A stretch of DNA of 64,000 nucleotides from NCBI GenBank assembly GCA_964016885.1, contig OZ024747.1, positions 34,286,001-34,350,000 of the forward strand, in the 5' to 3' direction. This stretch comes from Eledone cirrhosa. Lineage: Eukaryota. Within the stretch, counting starts at the first letter, position 1, and each line of letters begins with the position of its first letter. This document shows positions 12,130 through 24,641 of this stretch, piece after piece. The notes under the pieces are model-generated. The model was not told the DNA's origin. It did no database searches and saw nothing but the letters and a program-made list of their open reading frames with translations. A program made the translations under genes and the position numbers.

Positions 12130-15100
12130 CAAATTCACCCACCTACAGCCGCATGTCAGAGTAGGCCCACTCACACGGGCCATTCTTGCCACATTCACCC
12201 ACCTTTCAGCAAATGTACTTGGGGGCAGCACTTCTCTCTCGGCCCTCACCTTCCTTTTCAGCTGAAACTTGAAAATGTTGATGAGGGATTGGCTGAAGAG
12301 AAAAGTATATGTCTTCAGTCCTTTCAACCTGGTCCACCATACAACCTCTTTTGCTACTGCCACCAGACATAGGAAAAATGTCCTGCCTTTCCTGGTCAAA
12401 AGAAGGCGGTGGGTCGATCTTCATTATTCGGCCGGTAGGCGGATGCGTTCTACACGCGAAAACAGCTGTTCGACATAACTTCACAAGTCAGTGATGCACG
12501 GACTCTGGACGATTGCTTGCAGAATGGTATCGTCGCTCTGCGCGCATCTCGGGTATGACCCTCTGACAGATTTCCGTGACTGTAGAGTTTATCTCGAACC
12601 GACAGTGCACCCAGGTAATTCTGCCAAGCGAGGGATTTTGGGAAATTATCCATCGACCCCGGCTCGAACAACCTCTGGAACAGGCTGACTAATTCGACTT
12701 CATCGACGCCCAGAGCCTCTCCGAGTGCGTCGTAGCACTTCCCACCACTAATCCTCTACATAACTCGTGAGTGGAAGATCCACTGATCGCATTTCCCGCC
12801 TGCTAGAGGGCAGTGAGAGCCAGGCAACATTCCAGATGTCAGTCACCCAATCTCGGTCTCTTCTTGACCCAGGATAGCAAATCTATCAAAGAGACGAGCT
12901 GCAGAAAGGCCCGACTGACAAACGGCGACCACACCTGTTCACCGTTTAGGCAGAATATCTGGAGATGCCGCAGCCTCAGCCCATGTCAGCGCATCATCAG
13001 CCATGGCATGCGCTGCCCTCCACATAGAGGGTGCTGGCAGCAGATGGACCGCCTCACTAACGAAACTTGTCCCGTCCACAAGAATGTAAAGGGGAGCAGT
13101 TCAAATTGGCGTGGCGCGAGGGGGAGTGGCGAAAGCCAGGCGGTAGTAGATGACGGATGCGATGTACGCGTTCGCTACCTGCCCGACCTTTCAGTGATAG
13201 CTCCTCGCAGCCCATTTCTGGGGTATACTGGCTACGTTGCCCATCACCTCGTTCCAATGTTTATCCACCTGACGGTCAGGCACGAACCAAACCCCGAGCA
13301 TCCTTACTGGTCCGTCTGTCCAGCACCAAACGCCGCTATTGGACGGCATATACTTGACTCTCCAGGTGTAAGCCCACCGATTTTTCCGTGTTAAGTTTTG
13401 CTCACGTCAACCTTTCATATTCCTACAATAAGTTGCCAATCACATCGATTTCCTAGGTGTCCGACACCATCACGGTGATATCGTCCGCATAAGCCGACAT
13501 AGCCTTTCCATGTCCCGGATCGAGCAGGATGCCCTGCAACAGCTCCAGTCTCTGAAGTAAAGGCTCGAGAGTCAATACGTACCGAAGGGAGGAGAGAGGG
13601 CACCCTTGATGATACGATCGGGTTATCTGAAACGGTTCCAAGAGGTGGCCATTAGCTTTGACCACCGAACAGATGCCGCTGCGCATTGCAACGATCCAAC
13701 TTCTGAAGACGGGGCCGAAGCCAGCTGCTTTGAGAACAGCCTCCATATACCGATGGTCGACCCTATCGAATGCTTTCGGTTGATCTACATTGATCAGAGC
13801 CCCACCGAAACCAGGTTTACACCCTACCCTCTCTATGCTGCATCGCATCAGGTGGAGGTTGTCGTGTATGGACCTGGTCGGGAATGCGCAATTTTGCGCC
13901 TCCCCAGCCAAATCGCCGACCACAAGCGCCAACCTCTTCGGTAACACCTTGGCCAACATTTTTAATTCTGTGTTGAGCAGAATTATGGACCTGAAATTGT
14001 CTAATGTCTCCCTCTTGTTCTCGTCTTTCCTTATCACCGTCCCTACGCACCGGCTCACAGAACAGGGGATATTCCCTTTCTACTGCCATGGCAGTAGAGC
14101 GCTTCGAGGCGATCGAAGAACAAGTCTGGCATATTTACGTAAAGCTTGTAGGGCAGACCATCCAAACCGGGTGACTTCCGCCTCATGCAGCCGACAAGGG
14201 CATCCTGAATCTCGGCTGAAGTAATCGGCCTTTCGCAGCGCTCAGCGTCCGCCGTCGAGAGTTGCGGCAAGCCATCGAGGTAGGGACTGAACTCCGCAAC
14301 CGTCCCCGACACGCCACTTCCGCCGAACAACCGAGCGAATTGTTGGCGAAAGGCCTCACACATCCGCTTGGAATCACTCAGATCGTGTCCGTCTCGGCCG
14401 TCAAAGACCGAATTGTGGTTTTATTACCACGCTGATCCTCTCCCACGCGGGCCCATCGAACAGCTTTGGTGCCCCCGTTTCTCAGAGCACGCGCCTTAGC
14501 TCTCACAATGCAACCTTCGTGTTTCCCAATGAAGAATGGTCTAATGCCATTCTCACCGCTAGAATGTCAGTTACAATGCCACTACCAATAACCTCGTCTA
14601 ACTTATCTACCAACTCCCCCTCTTTATATTTTTCTCTAACGCTACTTCTTTGCTAAACCCTATCGACATTACACTAGTATCTCTGTTGAAAGCCCCCCAC
14701 AATCTATTGTTGACGACTCCCTCTGTCAACCTTTTCTTAACTAAATTGTTGACCTTGTCCCTGTAAGCCATACGTGCTTCCAGTAACCAGGTCCTAACCT
14801 ACGCGTCTTATCTAGGTCGACCATACAGATAACAAACTTGTGATCTGAATAGGCGACGATTTTAAAACGTGGACATCTTACACTATTTCTGTCTATTTTC
14901 CTAATGAATATCCTGTCTATATACGAGCTAGATGACCCTATGCGGTTGGGCCTGGTCCAGACTGGCGCATTAGGGAAATCTAGTCGGTAATTGTCAGGCA
15001 GTTGGAACTGGCTGATCAGGTACTTGAAGCTTTTGCACCCCCCAATTCTATCGGATACTCCCACAGAGTCCCAGCGTACCTCTGAAATGCCGTTCCACTC

Positions 15101-15500
15101 CCCCGCTAACAGTAAAGGAGGAAACGTAACAAGAAAGGCTTCCAGGCGTTTAAAGAAGTGCGGCTGTCCTGCCCCAGTAGGAGCGTAGACGGCCACCAGT
15201 CTAAAGGTACCATCTTCGCTATCGTTCACGTCCAGGAACACGAAAATACCGTTCGGATCCCGGACGAAGGACCATACCTCGAGATCTAGGCCTTTTTTAA
15301 ACAGCACTGCCACTCTACCCCCCATTCCGGCCGACGAACAGATGCGAAGATCTGATAGTCGTCGAAAATGGGGGCTAGTGTGCGCGTGTTGGAAATCCTG
15401 GTCTCGCTGACGGAAATTACATCCATTTCTAGTGAACTGGGGTCGTTGAACAGGTGACTATGCTTCCAGGACAATCCCAGGCCCTGAACATTTGAACTTT
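12130..15500 (-). pseudogene. Copy B ORF2 (APE + RT), frameshifted
   Basis: SVSETRIS, VAVYAPTG, YSDHK, GPGYWK, KSPGLDGLPY, NFRSIILLNTELK, KAFDRVDH, QGCPLS, AYADDIT. Confidence 0.9.
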
Positions 15501-15516
15501 CGGCAATTTTTTTAGG

Positions 15517-16507
15517 CTAAAAGAGAGAGGAAAAGGTGTACTTACCTTCCCGGCTCTTGTGAAGGTCTGGTAATTCAACCCCCATAGTTGGTGGGTTTTT
15601 TGGGGGGAACTCCTTTAAAAGTCTTGTAGTGGGTTTTACGTTCGAGGTTCCCACGGCCCGAGGAAAGCTGTCTCGTATCTGTTTGTATAAATCGAGCCAC
15701 ATTTGCACCAGAAACAAATCTTCCGGCACGCGAAATGTGCTCAATTGAAAAATTTCCCCCTTTTTTGTATTTTTTACTTCGTGCTCCGAGGACCATCAGT
15801 TCCTTCTTGGCCATCCAGACAAGCACGAAGTTTTGTATGTTTTGTTGGTGTGATTTTATTTGTTTGCATGACTCTGGTGGCGGTGGTTTTGTTGGTGTTG
15901 TTTCGGTTGTGTCTGTGTTTGTCGTGAGTGCGGTGACTGCGGTTTCAGTGTTTGCTCGTGTATTTGTTCTTGCGTCTGTTTAAGTTGTTTGCGTTTGGTG
16001 GATTCTGGTGATGGTGATGGTGATGGGGGTTGTTGATGTTAGTGTTGTTGGGGGTTGTTGATGTTAGTGTTGTTGGGGAAAGGTTTGCATGGGTGTTGTC
16101 TGCATTTTTTATTGTGGGTACAGTATGACCTTGCTGATTTTGTAAGGTGTCATAGCATGTTCCATATGAGGGCTTCTGACTTAAACAGCACCGAAATGGT
16201 GCCGTATTTTCTGCCCCTCGCTATGTATTCGGTGTCATCCCCGATGCACTCAGCTCGACATCGACATCTGCTTTTGCAATTAAAGCTGCTCTCTAGGCTT
16301 CTGCTGAGATGCACCTGTAATGCACCGTTCTGCGATCCACTGCTTCAATAGCTTCTACCGGGACAGTTAAGTTGGCCTAGGTTTGCTCTTGCTTGATGAG
16401 CTTTCAGGCCTGGGCTAACATTTCATCTTTGTTAGAGAGGTCCATGCTGAAGCATGTCCTCACTTTAGCTGCTGCAGCAGCGAAAGTCTTCTTCTTGTTG
16501 TCGTTGG

Positions 16508-16540
<33 letters not shown>

Positions 16541-16898
16541 CGTTATTCATGTTGATGTTGTTGCTGGTATCACTGTTGGTTATATCTTTGGTGCAGCGGT
16601 TGTTGTTCTCTGTACAGTTGGTATTGTTGCTGTTGGTGTTGTTATTTGTTTTCATGTTAGTGGTGTTGATATTTTTGTTGCATTTGTTGTCATTTTTTCT
16701 GATGTCTGTATTTTGGTTGTCGCTGTTACTGTCATTTTTTTAAAAATTAGTGTTCTCAGTGGTGTTGTCTTTGTTCACGTTGTTTGTGGTGGTTGTTGTT
16801 GTATCAATTTCTGTAAATTTCGCCGTAGCGCTCCTCTCAACTTTTAAGCCATTGTCCAACAACAGCAGACATATTGCTGGGGGGCGTGGCTCAGCCAT
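15517..16898 (-). pseudogene. Copy B ORF1 remnant
   Basis: ATG follows an A-run; Asn/Thr-rich N-terminus and KKTFAAAAAK motif equivalent to the SFA motif of other copies. The central part appears deleted. Confidence 0.65.
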
Positions 16899-17090
16899 GT
16901 TTTTTTTTTCGATAATTTTTTAAAATATAAAAAGTTCAAATATTATACTTTCCCCTTCACAGGGCTTATATCCCTTACAGAACAATAAAAATGAAACAAT
17001 AAATAAGTTTTGACAGTTAAAAATAGAGACTTACGATAGCGAGCAAAAAGACGTCTGTTCAAACCAGTAAAAATAATAATAATAATAATG

Positions 17091-17124
<34 letters not shown>

Positions 17125-17374
17125 TTTCTTTATTAACCACAAGGGTTTACATAAAGTAGACATTAAGGACAGTGTAGGACAATACAGTACGGTAATAATG
17201 GGCATTTCTGCGTGTAAAAAAACAAAAACAGAGGCTGTAACGAAAAAATAACAATGAAAAATTCCCCAATAGGAGGGAGACTTCGGAGGGACATTTGTGG
17301 AGAAAGCCCAGTAAAAGGCCACAGTGACCCTGACCACCAAGGCAAGTGCCCTCTCCCAGTTTTCCACCTTTAAT

Positions 17375-20300
17375 TTACACATATATACTCAGAGTAGGCC
17401 CATTCACTCGGGCCATTCTTGCTTCTCTCACCCATCTTTCAACAAAATGCTGGGAAGTGAGCACTTCCCTCATTACTCTGATTTTCCTTTTCAAATGAAA
17501 TTTGAAAAAGTCAATCAGGGCATCACCGAAGAGGTAAGTGCTCGTCTTCAGCCCTTTCAAACGTGTCCACCATACTATCTCTTTCGCCATGGCCACCAGA
17601 CAGATAAAAACTGCCTGCCCTTCCCGGCTAAAGGAGGAGGGCGAGGCAATACTCACGATGGACTCAGATGATAGCCGGATCCGTCCTACACGCGACAGCA
17701 GGTGTTCGACATAAACCCACAAGTCAGCAATTTTCGGACACTGTAGAGTTTATCCCGAACTGGCAAAGCTCCCCGGTAGCACTGACAGGCCAGGGATTTC
17801 TGGAAGTTGTTCATAGGCCCCGGCCCGAAAGTCCTTCCGAAGAGATTGGCTAGTTGATTTTCGTCGACGCCTAGAGTTTCTCCAAGTACGTTGTCGCTCT
17901 TCCCCTCCACTAATCCTCTATAGGACGCCAAGGTGGAGTTTCCACCGATCACATTGCCCGATTGGTCGACGGCTGTGAGCGCCTGAAGACATTCCAGTCT
18001 CCAAGCGCTCCCTCTCGGTCTTCGCTTGACCCAGGACTGCAGCTCTGTCAAGGAGACGAGCTTGGGAAAGACGTGTCTAGCAAACGGCGACCACACCTGA
18101 TCGCCGTCGAGGAAGAGGTGGAGATGTCGTAGCCTGAGCGCGTGTCTGCGCATCATCAGCCAGGGCATGCCCAGCCTTCCACGTAGCGGGTGTTGATAGC
18201 AGGTGGACCGCCTGACCATCGGAGCGCGTCCTTTCCACAAAAAGCGAAAGAGCAACGCTCCAGCGCAGTCAAGCGGGGCTTAGGCGGTAGTAGATGACGG
18301 ACGCCATGTACGCGTTAGCCACCTCCGCTCGACCTCTCAGCCCATTTCTGTGTGAGAGAAGCCACCCTGCTGGTCACCTCGTCCCAGTTTTTGTCTGTCT
18401 GGAGGTCTGGACCGAACCAGACCCCTAGCAATTTAACCGGTCCGTCCGACCAGCGCTCGACGACGCTGTTGGACGGCATGGACCTGCCTATCCAGGTGCC
18501 GAGCTGCAGGCCCACTGACTTTTCCTGGTTAATCATTGCTCCTCTCACCGCTTCGTATTCTCTTAGTGTAGTGCCGATCGTCTCGATGTGTTTGGCGTTC
18601 GACACCATTACGGTGACATCGTCCGCATATGCTGACACGGATCATCCGCATCCTAGTTCGCGCGGGACCCCCTCAACGTCTCCAGTTTGTGCAGTAATGG
18701 CTCGAGAGTCAATACGTACAATGGGGACGAGAGGGGACATCCTTGGCGGACCGAGCGCATGCTGTTGAACTGTTCCGAAAGGTGACCGTTCACTCTCACT
18801 ACAGAGCAGATGTCGCTGTGCATGGCAGCGATCCAGCCTCTAAAGACGGGCCCAAAGCCAGCCGCCCTCAGAATTGCCGCTAAGTAACGATGGTCGACCC
18901 TATCGAAGGCTTTTGACTGATCTAAATTGATCAAAGACCCACCCGTGCCAGGTTCCCCAGCTACCCTCTCTACGATGTATCTCATGAGGTGGAGGTTGTC
19001 GTGGCTGGATCTGTCGGGAATGGCGCATTTCTGCGCCTCTCCCACCAGACCACCAACGACAAGCTCCAACCTCTTTGCTAGCACCTTGGCCAAAATCTTG
19101 AAATCTGTGTTTAGCAGAGTTATGGGCCTAACATTATCTATGTTGTCCCCCTTGTTCGGATCCTTTCTCAGCAGCGCCACTGCTCCTTGGCTCACAGAGC
19201 TGGGAATTCTCCCGTTCTGTTGCCAGTTGCAGTAGACGTCCGCCAAGAGGTCTCCGAACAAGTCTGGCATTTGTACGTAAAGTTCATAGGGCAGACCATC
19301 CAAAGCAGGCGATTTACCCCTTGTGCAGCCAGTTACTGCCTCCCGTACCTCAGCGGCTGTTATCGGCTTTTCGCAACACTCCGCCTCAGTGGCCGAGAGC
19401 CGCGGCAGTCCGTCGAGGTAGACACTAAAGTCCATCCCTCGATCCGGCCCGCCACTGCCCCCGAACAGTTGAGCGAAGTGTCGCTGAAAAGCTTCACATA
19501 TTTGCCCGGGATCGAGCAGCATGCGCCCGTCGTGGTCCACCAAAGACCGGATCGTGGCTTTGTTGCCACGACACGCCTCCACCACTCGGGTCCATTGAAC
19601 GGCTTTCGTCCCCTCGTGTCTGAGAGGACGCATCCTATCTCTGACACCACAGCCTTCGTGCTTTGCATTGAAGAATTGGTCAAGGGCCAATTTCGCCGCA
19701 AGTACGTCGGTCGCGATGCCTTTGCAAAGCGCCTCGTCTAATTTTGTAACTAATTCTCCTTCTGCTCAATTTTTCTCTATTGCTAAAGCCTTACTAAACC
19801 TAATGGACTCTATTCTAATTGCTCTTTTCAGAGCAAACCACCACTTGTTGTTGACGATGGCCCCCGTCAACGCCCGCTTAACTAGTTCGCTAATCCGGTC
19901 TCTGTAGGCCTTGCGCGCTGGTAAGGACGCGTTTAGCTTCCAGTAGCCGGGTCCTCGTCTATGAAGCCTATCTAATTCAAGCACACAGATCACGAATTTG
20001 TGGTCCGTGTAGCTGGCTATCTCGAATTGTGGACAGCCTATGCTAAACCTATCTATTTCCCTACGAAATACTCTATCTAGATATGATCTGGATGACCCTA
20101 TGCGATTTCTCCAAGTCCACATTGGTACATTCGGGAAATCCAATCGGTACCTGTCAGACAGTTCAAAACGCCTGAGGAGGTTGGTGAGACTCTTGCACCC
20201 TCCTTGCCTATCCACTAATCCCACACAATCCCAGCGTGCATCTAAGATCCCGTTCCAGTCGCCCACTAACACTAAAGAGCGGTACGTTCCAAGAAAGGTC

Positions 20301-20680
20301 TCCAGACACCGGAAGAAATCAGACCGCCCTGCTCCTGTCGGGGCATAGACGGCCACTAACCTGAAAGCTTGCCCGTCTCCGCTGGTCACGTCCAGCACCA
20401 CCAACTTACCTTCTGGGTCCAGGAATATGGCCCGTATGGCAAGATCCAAACCTCTCCGAAAAAGTACTGCAAATCCTCCCCCCGATCTCGGACGGCTGGG
20501 AGATGCGTACACATCGTAGCCGCCGAAGATCGGTGCGAAGGCCCGTGCTTCGGAGATTCTGGTCTCGCTGATGGCCACTATATCTATGTTTAGTGACCTG
20601 AGGTCGTTGAGCAGATGGCCCTGCTTCCATGACGACCCCAAGCCACGCTCATTTATGCTGCCTATTCTGAGTGAGGTCAT
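17375..20680 (-). pseudogene. Copy C ORF2 (APE + RT), a few stops and frameshifts
   Basis: ORFs 19766-20680 (APE: SETR, GDWN, SYLDR, YTDHK), 18653-19690 (RT: VRPITLLNTDFKILAK, QGCPLSS), 18315-18638 (AYADDVT), 17686-18255 and 17375-17722. Confidence 0.93.
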
Positions 20681-20714
20681 GTTGAAAAGGAGTGGAAAAT
20701 ATTGGAAAGACCAC

Positions 20715-22704
20715 TTACCTTACTTCTCGTAGAGGAAGGACGGTTTTTCTATCCTTTTCAATGATTGTGGCCTCCTCAGGAAGGATGTCCTTATAAATCC
20801 TCCTGGAGAGTGCTTGTCGGAAGTCTCCGATGTCTTTGGGGAATTTTTGTTTTAGTGTAATGTACGTTTTCTGTGTGATGCGAGTGATTTGTATGTGTGT
20901 AGGTGGAGTGAATTTTTGAGTTGTTGTGTAGTCTTTTTCTGTGATGCTGGTGTTGTGTTGGATGTAGTGTAATAATTGGTTGTTGTTCAACTTTAATGCT
21001 GTGTAGTGTGTATCGTTTTTGTTGTTTTGTTTTGTTTGCGTTTGTTGTGGGTTTGTTTCTGTTTCGCATTTTGGTGACTTTTGTGGTGTAGGTGATGGTG
21101 GTGTTGGGGTTAATGATGGTGATGGTGTTGGTGTTTGGGGTGATGGGGTTGGTGATGCTGGTGTGGATGGTGGCATATCTGTCCTAACTTTTTTGTTTGT
21201 TAATTTATTTGTTTCCCTCTGTATTTTGTTTTTGGAGGGAGAAGGAAGGGAATTTTTTCTTTTTTGGTTTTTTTTTTTTCTCCTGATACCGTTTCGCACT
21301 CCTCGTCGTCGCAATCTGTCTCCAGTTGTGATAGGCCGGGGAATGGAAAATCCTCCACAGGCGTTAGTTTTGGTTGTGGCGTGGTGGATGGTGTAGGCCC
21401 TGGTGCTAGTTCTGAAGCGTTTGGTGGTGGTGGTGTTGGTTTTCCTGGTGGTGGTGATGTTGGTTTTGCTACTGTTGCTGGGGCTGTTGCTGTTATAGTT
21501 GCTTCTGTTGTTGCTGCTACAGTTGTTGCTGCCATCTCTGCTACTGGTGGTGTTGATGGTTGAGTCACTGGGGTGGTAGGAGAGGTGGCCTCAACCTTTT
21601 AGCCTGAGGGCAGAAAGCCCTTAGGTGGGTTCCTTCACCACAAACGACACACCTAGGCCCTCTGCCCTCGACAATTACGGTGAGGTGGCTGCCGTCAGTG
21701 AGGTCTATTACCTCTGGGATCTCCTCAATGCTTTTTTGGTCCGCTTGGATCAGGAGCTCCATCCCAGATCCGGACCAGTACTCCTGCTTTTCTTTTGCTA
21801 TTGCTATTATCTTTGTGTTGCCTTCGATGCCGGCGAGGACGGCCGCTATTAGCCAGGGAATTTCGATGGCCGTTGGAACGTGGGTCACCCTGATCGTTAC
21901 GAGACTTTGGCCACAATAGCTTGGGACGAGTGTGAAGTCGTCACTTCTTAATGGGGCCATGGAGTGTTCTCTAGCCTCCTCTGGTATTTCAAAGAACACA
22001 TCCACGGTTCCATACTTCTGCCCACGTCTGATGTGGGTTTTTCTTGCCCACACATGTCCCAAAGCTTTTCGGATTTGGGACTCGGATGTCCGTTCCACTC
22101 GGCGCGATTTTACATTTATTGTTCGATACGACACGGTGCATAGGCGCTGATGCTCCATTTTATTAGGTGTGTGTGTGGGCGGGGGGGGGGGGGTGACCCT
22201 GTACCCATCTTTCTTTACCATTTTTTGGCATTTTCTAATTACTCCTGAGATACCGTAAATGCTTGGCACTGTTTTGCTACTCTGGCAAAACTCAGGGTGT
22301 TTTTTTTTAATTTCATTGTTGTTGTTGTTGATATCGTTATTTTTGTTATTACTAATTTTAGTTTCAGTTGTAGTGGTGGTGACGTCAGTGGAGTTCGGTT
22401 TGGAAGAGTTCATTTTGGTTGAAACTATTTTGAAATCACGAGTCGATTTATTTTTTCCTTTTGTTTCTGTTGTCGCGGTGGTGGTGGGGGTGGGGGTTGT
22501 CGCGGTGGTGGTGGCGGTTTTAACACCTGCAGTCATTGGTAATGGCGGGAAATGAATGTCTGCCTGAGACAAATTTAAAATATTGCTAGTGCTTAAATTG
22601 TTTGTGTTGGCAAACGTAGTATCATTTACAATCGTGGTGTCTATGTGAGGTGTTAATTTGTGAGGAAGGCTTTCAGCTGCTTGGTGCAGAGGTGAATTAG
22701 CCAT
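20715..22704 (-). pseudogene. Copy C ORF1 (low-complexity N-terminus, core, CCHC knuckle, Pro/Thr linker, C-terminal domain)
   Basis: ORFs 21565-22704, 21200-21568 and 20715-21314; intact knuckle CVVCGEGTHLRAFC. Confidence 0.85.
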
Positions 22705-22914
22705 TTTTTTTTCAAAGATATTTTTTGATAATCATAAAAGTTTAAATTTTGGGCACAAGGCCCCAATCTTTTTGTGTGTCCTTTTCGGAAAACAATGTAT
22801 GTGCGCTTATATATAGTTAACAATAAACATTTTCCATAAATGGCAATTTTTAACAAACGGAAATAACAAACTTTTGCGGAGCTCACGATGATACGATTTA
22901 CTACGTAGGTCGCC

Positions 22915-22946
<32 letters not shown>

Positions 22947-22947
<1 letters not shown>

Positions 22948-24330
22948 CTTGGATCACCAAAAGCATAGAGATCGTCAATGTGGTAGATAACATCAGACAG
23001 TTGTGAAGAAAAAGTATGAAGTCCTGGAAAACAGAGTTAACATCAGCTGGAGAATCCGTGGGAGGCGTGAAAATCAAGAGAGGTATCTTCCAGGGAGATA
23101 GTCTGTCCCCTCTGTTGTTTGTCCTTGCCCTGATGCCCCTGACCATTATACTGCGAAAAGTGAGAGTAGGATACAAGTTAGGAAAGGTAGAGCTTACCAT
23201 CAACCACCTCCTCTTCATGGACGAACTTAAGCTCTTCGGGAAGAGTGAGAAGGAGTTGGATGTGCTTGTTGACACTGTCCGTATTTTCAGCAATGATATA
23301 TGTATGCAATTCGGTATTAGTAAGTGTGGAGTCCTTGTGATGAAAAGGGGTAAATTGAGCAGAAGCAACGGAATCCATGTACCAACAGGTAAGATGATAA
23401 AGGAAATTGACACTGAAGAAGGATACAAGTATTTGGGTATTGTGGAGGCTGATGACATAAAGAACAAAAAAAATGAAGGAATAGATATACATTCGGAGGA
23501 AGGAAGGAATACATTCGGAGAGTAAGGAGCGTATTAAAGTCACATCTGAACAGTAGGAATGCCATAAGTGCAGTAAATTCCCGAGCTGTATCTATTATTA
23601 GGTACAGTGCGGGAATTCTGAGATGGAATGTTGCTGAACAAAAAGAAATGGATAGGAAGACTAGGAAGCTATTGACTATCTACAACATGTTCCACAAGAG
23701 GAGTGATGTCGATAGACTCTACTTAAGGAGATCTGAAGGTGGAAGAGGTCTTATCAGCATAGAGGACTGTGTTCAGATAGAGAAAAACAACCTACACAAA
23801 TACGTGACCGATAGTAAGGAGCCAATGCTCAGAGCTGTACTGAAGGAGAGGACAATAGACCAGGGGATGTCCAAGGAGGAAATAACAACGAGGAGAAAGA
23901 GCAACCTTCAGGAAAAATCCTTTCATATTACCTTCTTTGAGAAAACGGAATGGTTTTCGACAAGGAAAAAAGATCGTTCCTGATTGTGGATGATGCCTGC
24001 CCATTCGACACGAGAGTGCAAGAGAAGGAGAGGGAGAAAATTAACCGATACCATGACTTAAAGTGGGAGGTAAAAAGGATTTGGAACTGCCACGAAGTCA
24101 AAGAGGTCCCGATTGTCAAAGGCGCCCTAGTTACTATCTCAAAAAGTATCCAGGGATGGTCAAATAAAATTGGCCCCGCCCCGCTTTTTGGAACACATCA
24201 AAATGCATGCTTGCTGGGAACAGCAAGAACTCTCCGATACGTCCTGAATATTTGAGGCTGCAGGTAGTGGCTTGATATTAATTTCAACAAACTTTCCAGT
24301 TAACTAACATCAATGACTGAGACTCAAAGA
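22947..24330 (+). mobile_element. R4/Dong-clade LINE, 5'-truncated (partial RT + restriction-like endonuclease)
   Basis: RGIFQGDSLSPLLF, HLLFMDELKL, YKYLG, DRLYLRRSEGGRGL, LIVDDACPFD..EKEREKINRY..VPIVKGAL. 3' end CTGAGACTCAAAGA followed by (ATA)n. Confidence 0.88.
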
Positions 24331-24340
24331 ATAATAATAA

Positions 24341-24641
24341 TAATTGTTTCTACTTTAGGCACAAGGCCAGCAATTACCCAATAATAATAATAATAATAAT
24401 AATTGTTTCTACGTTAGGCACAAGGCCAGCAATAACCAGTGCATTACTGGTACTTTATTTTATCGACCCCGTAAGGATGAAAGGCAAAGTCAACCTCGGC
24501 GGGATAATGATAATACTAATTGTTTCTACTTTTGGCACAAGGCCAGCAATTAGCCAGTACATTACTGGTACTTTATTTTATCGACCCCGTAAGGATGAAA
24601 GGCAAAGTTAACCTCGGCGGGATTTGAACTCAGATCGTAAG
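24341..24641 (-). mobile_element. Three 5'-truncated SINE copies separated by (AAT)n
   Basis: Fragments at ~24341-24380, 24401-24503 and 24518-24641. Confidence 0.9.

Larger units (their letters stand above)
11929..17070 (-). mobile_element. Tx1/L1-group LINE, copy B (more divergent family, internally deleted ORF1)
   Basis: Same architecture as copy A. 3' end ...GGCCTTGTGGCCAATTAAATGAAA plus (ATT)n at 11910-11928; 5' end abuts (AAT)n at 17072. Confidence 0.9.
17123..22914 (-). mobile_element. Tx1/L1-group LINE, copy C (most complete)
   Basis: 5'UTR, ORF1, ORF2 and a 3'UTR nearly identical to copy A. Flanked by (AAT)n at 17072-17122 and 22915-22946. Confidence 0.93.

Noticed and set aside
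7027-22555. Plus-strand ORFs antisense to the Tx1 elements
   Set aside because: They are shadow ORFs of GC-rich coding or low-complexity sequence with no recognisable motifs.
17123-22914. Active, intact retrotransposon
   Set aside because: Both ORFs carry stops and frameshifts; some at homopolymers could be sequencing errors, but not all.
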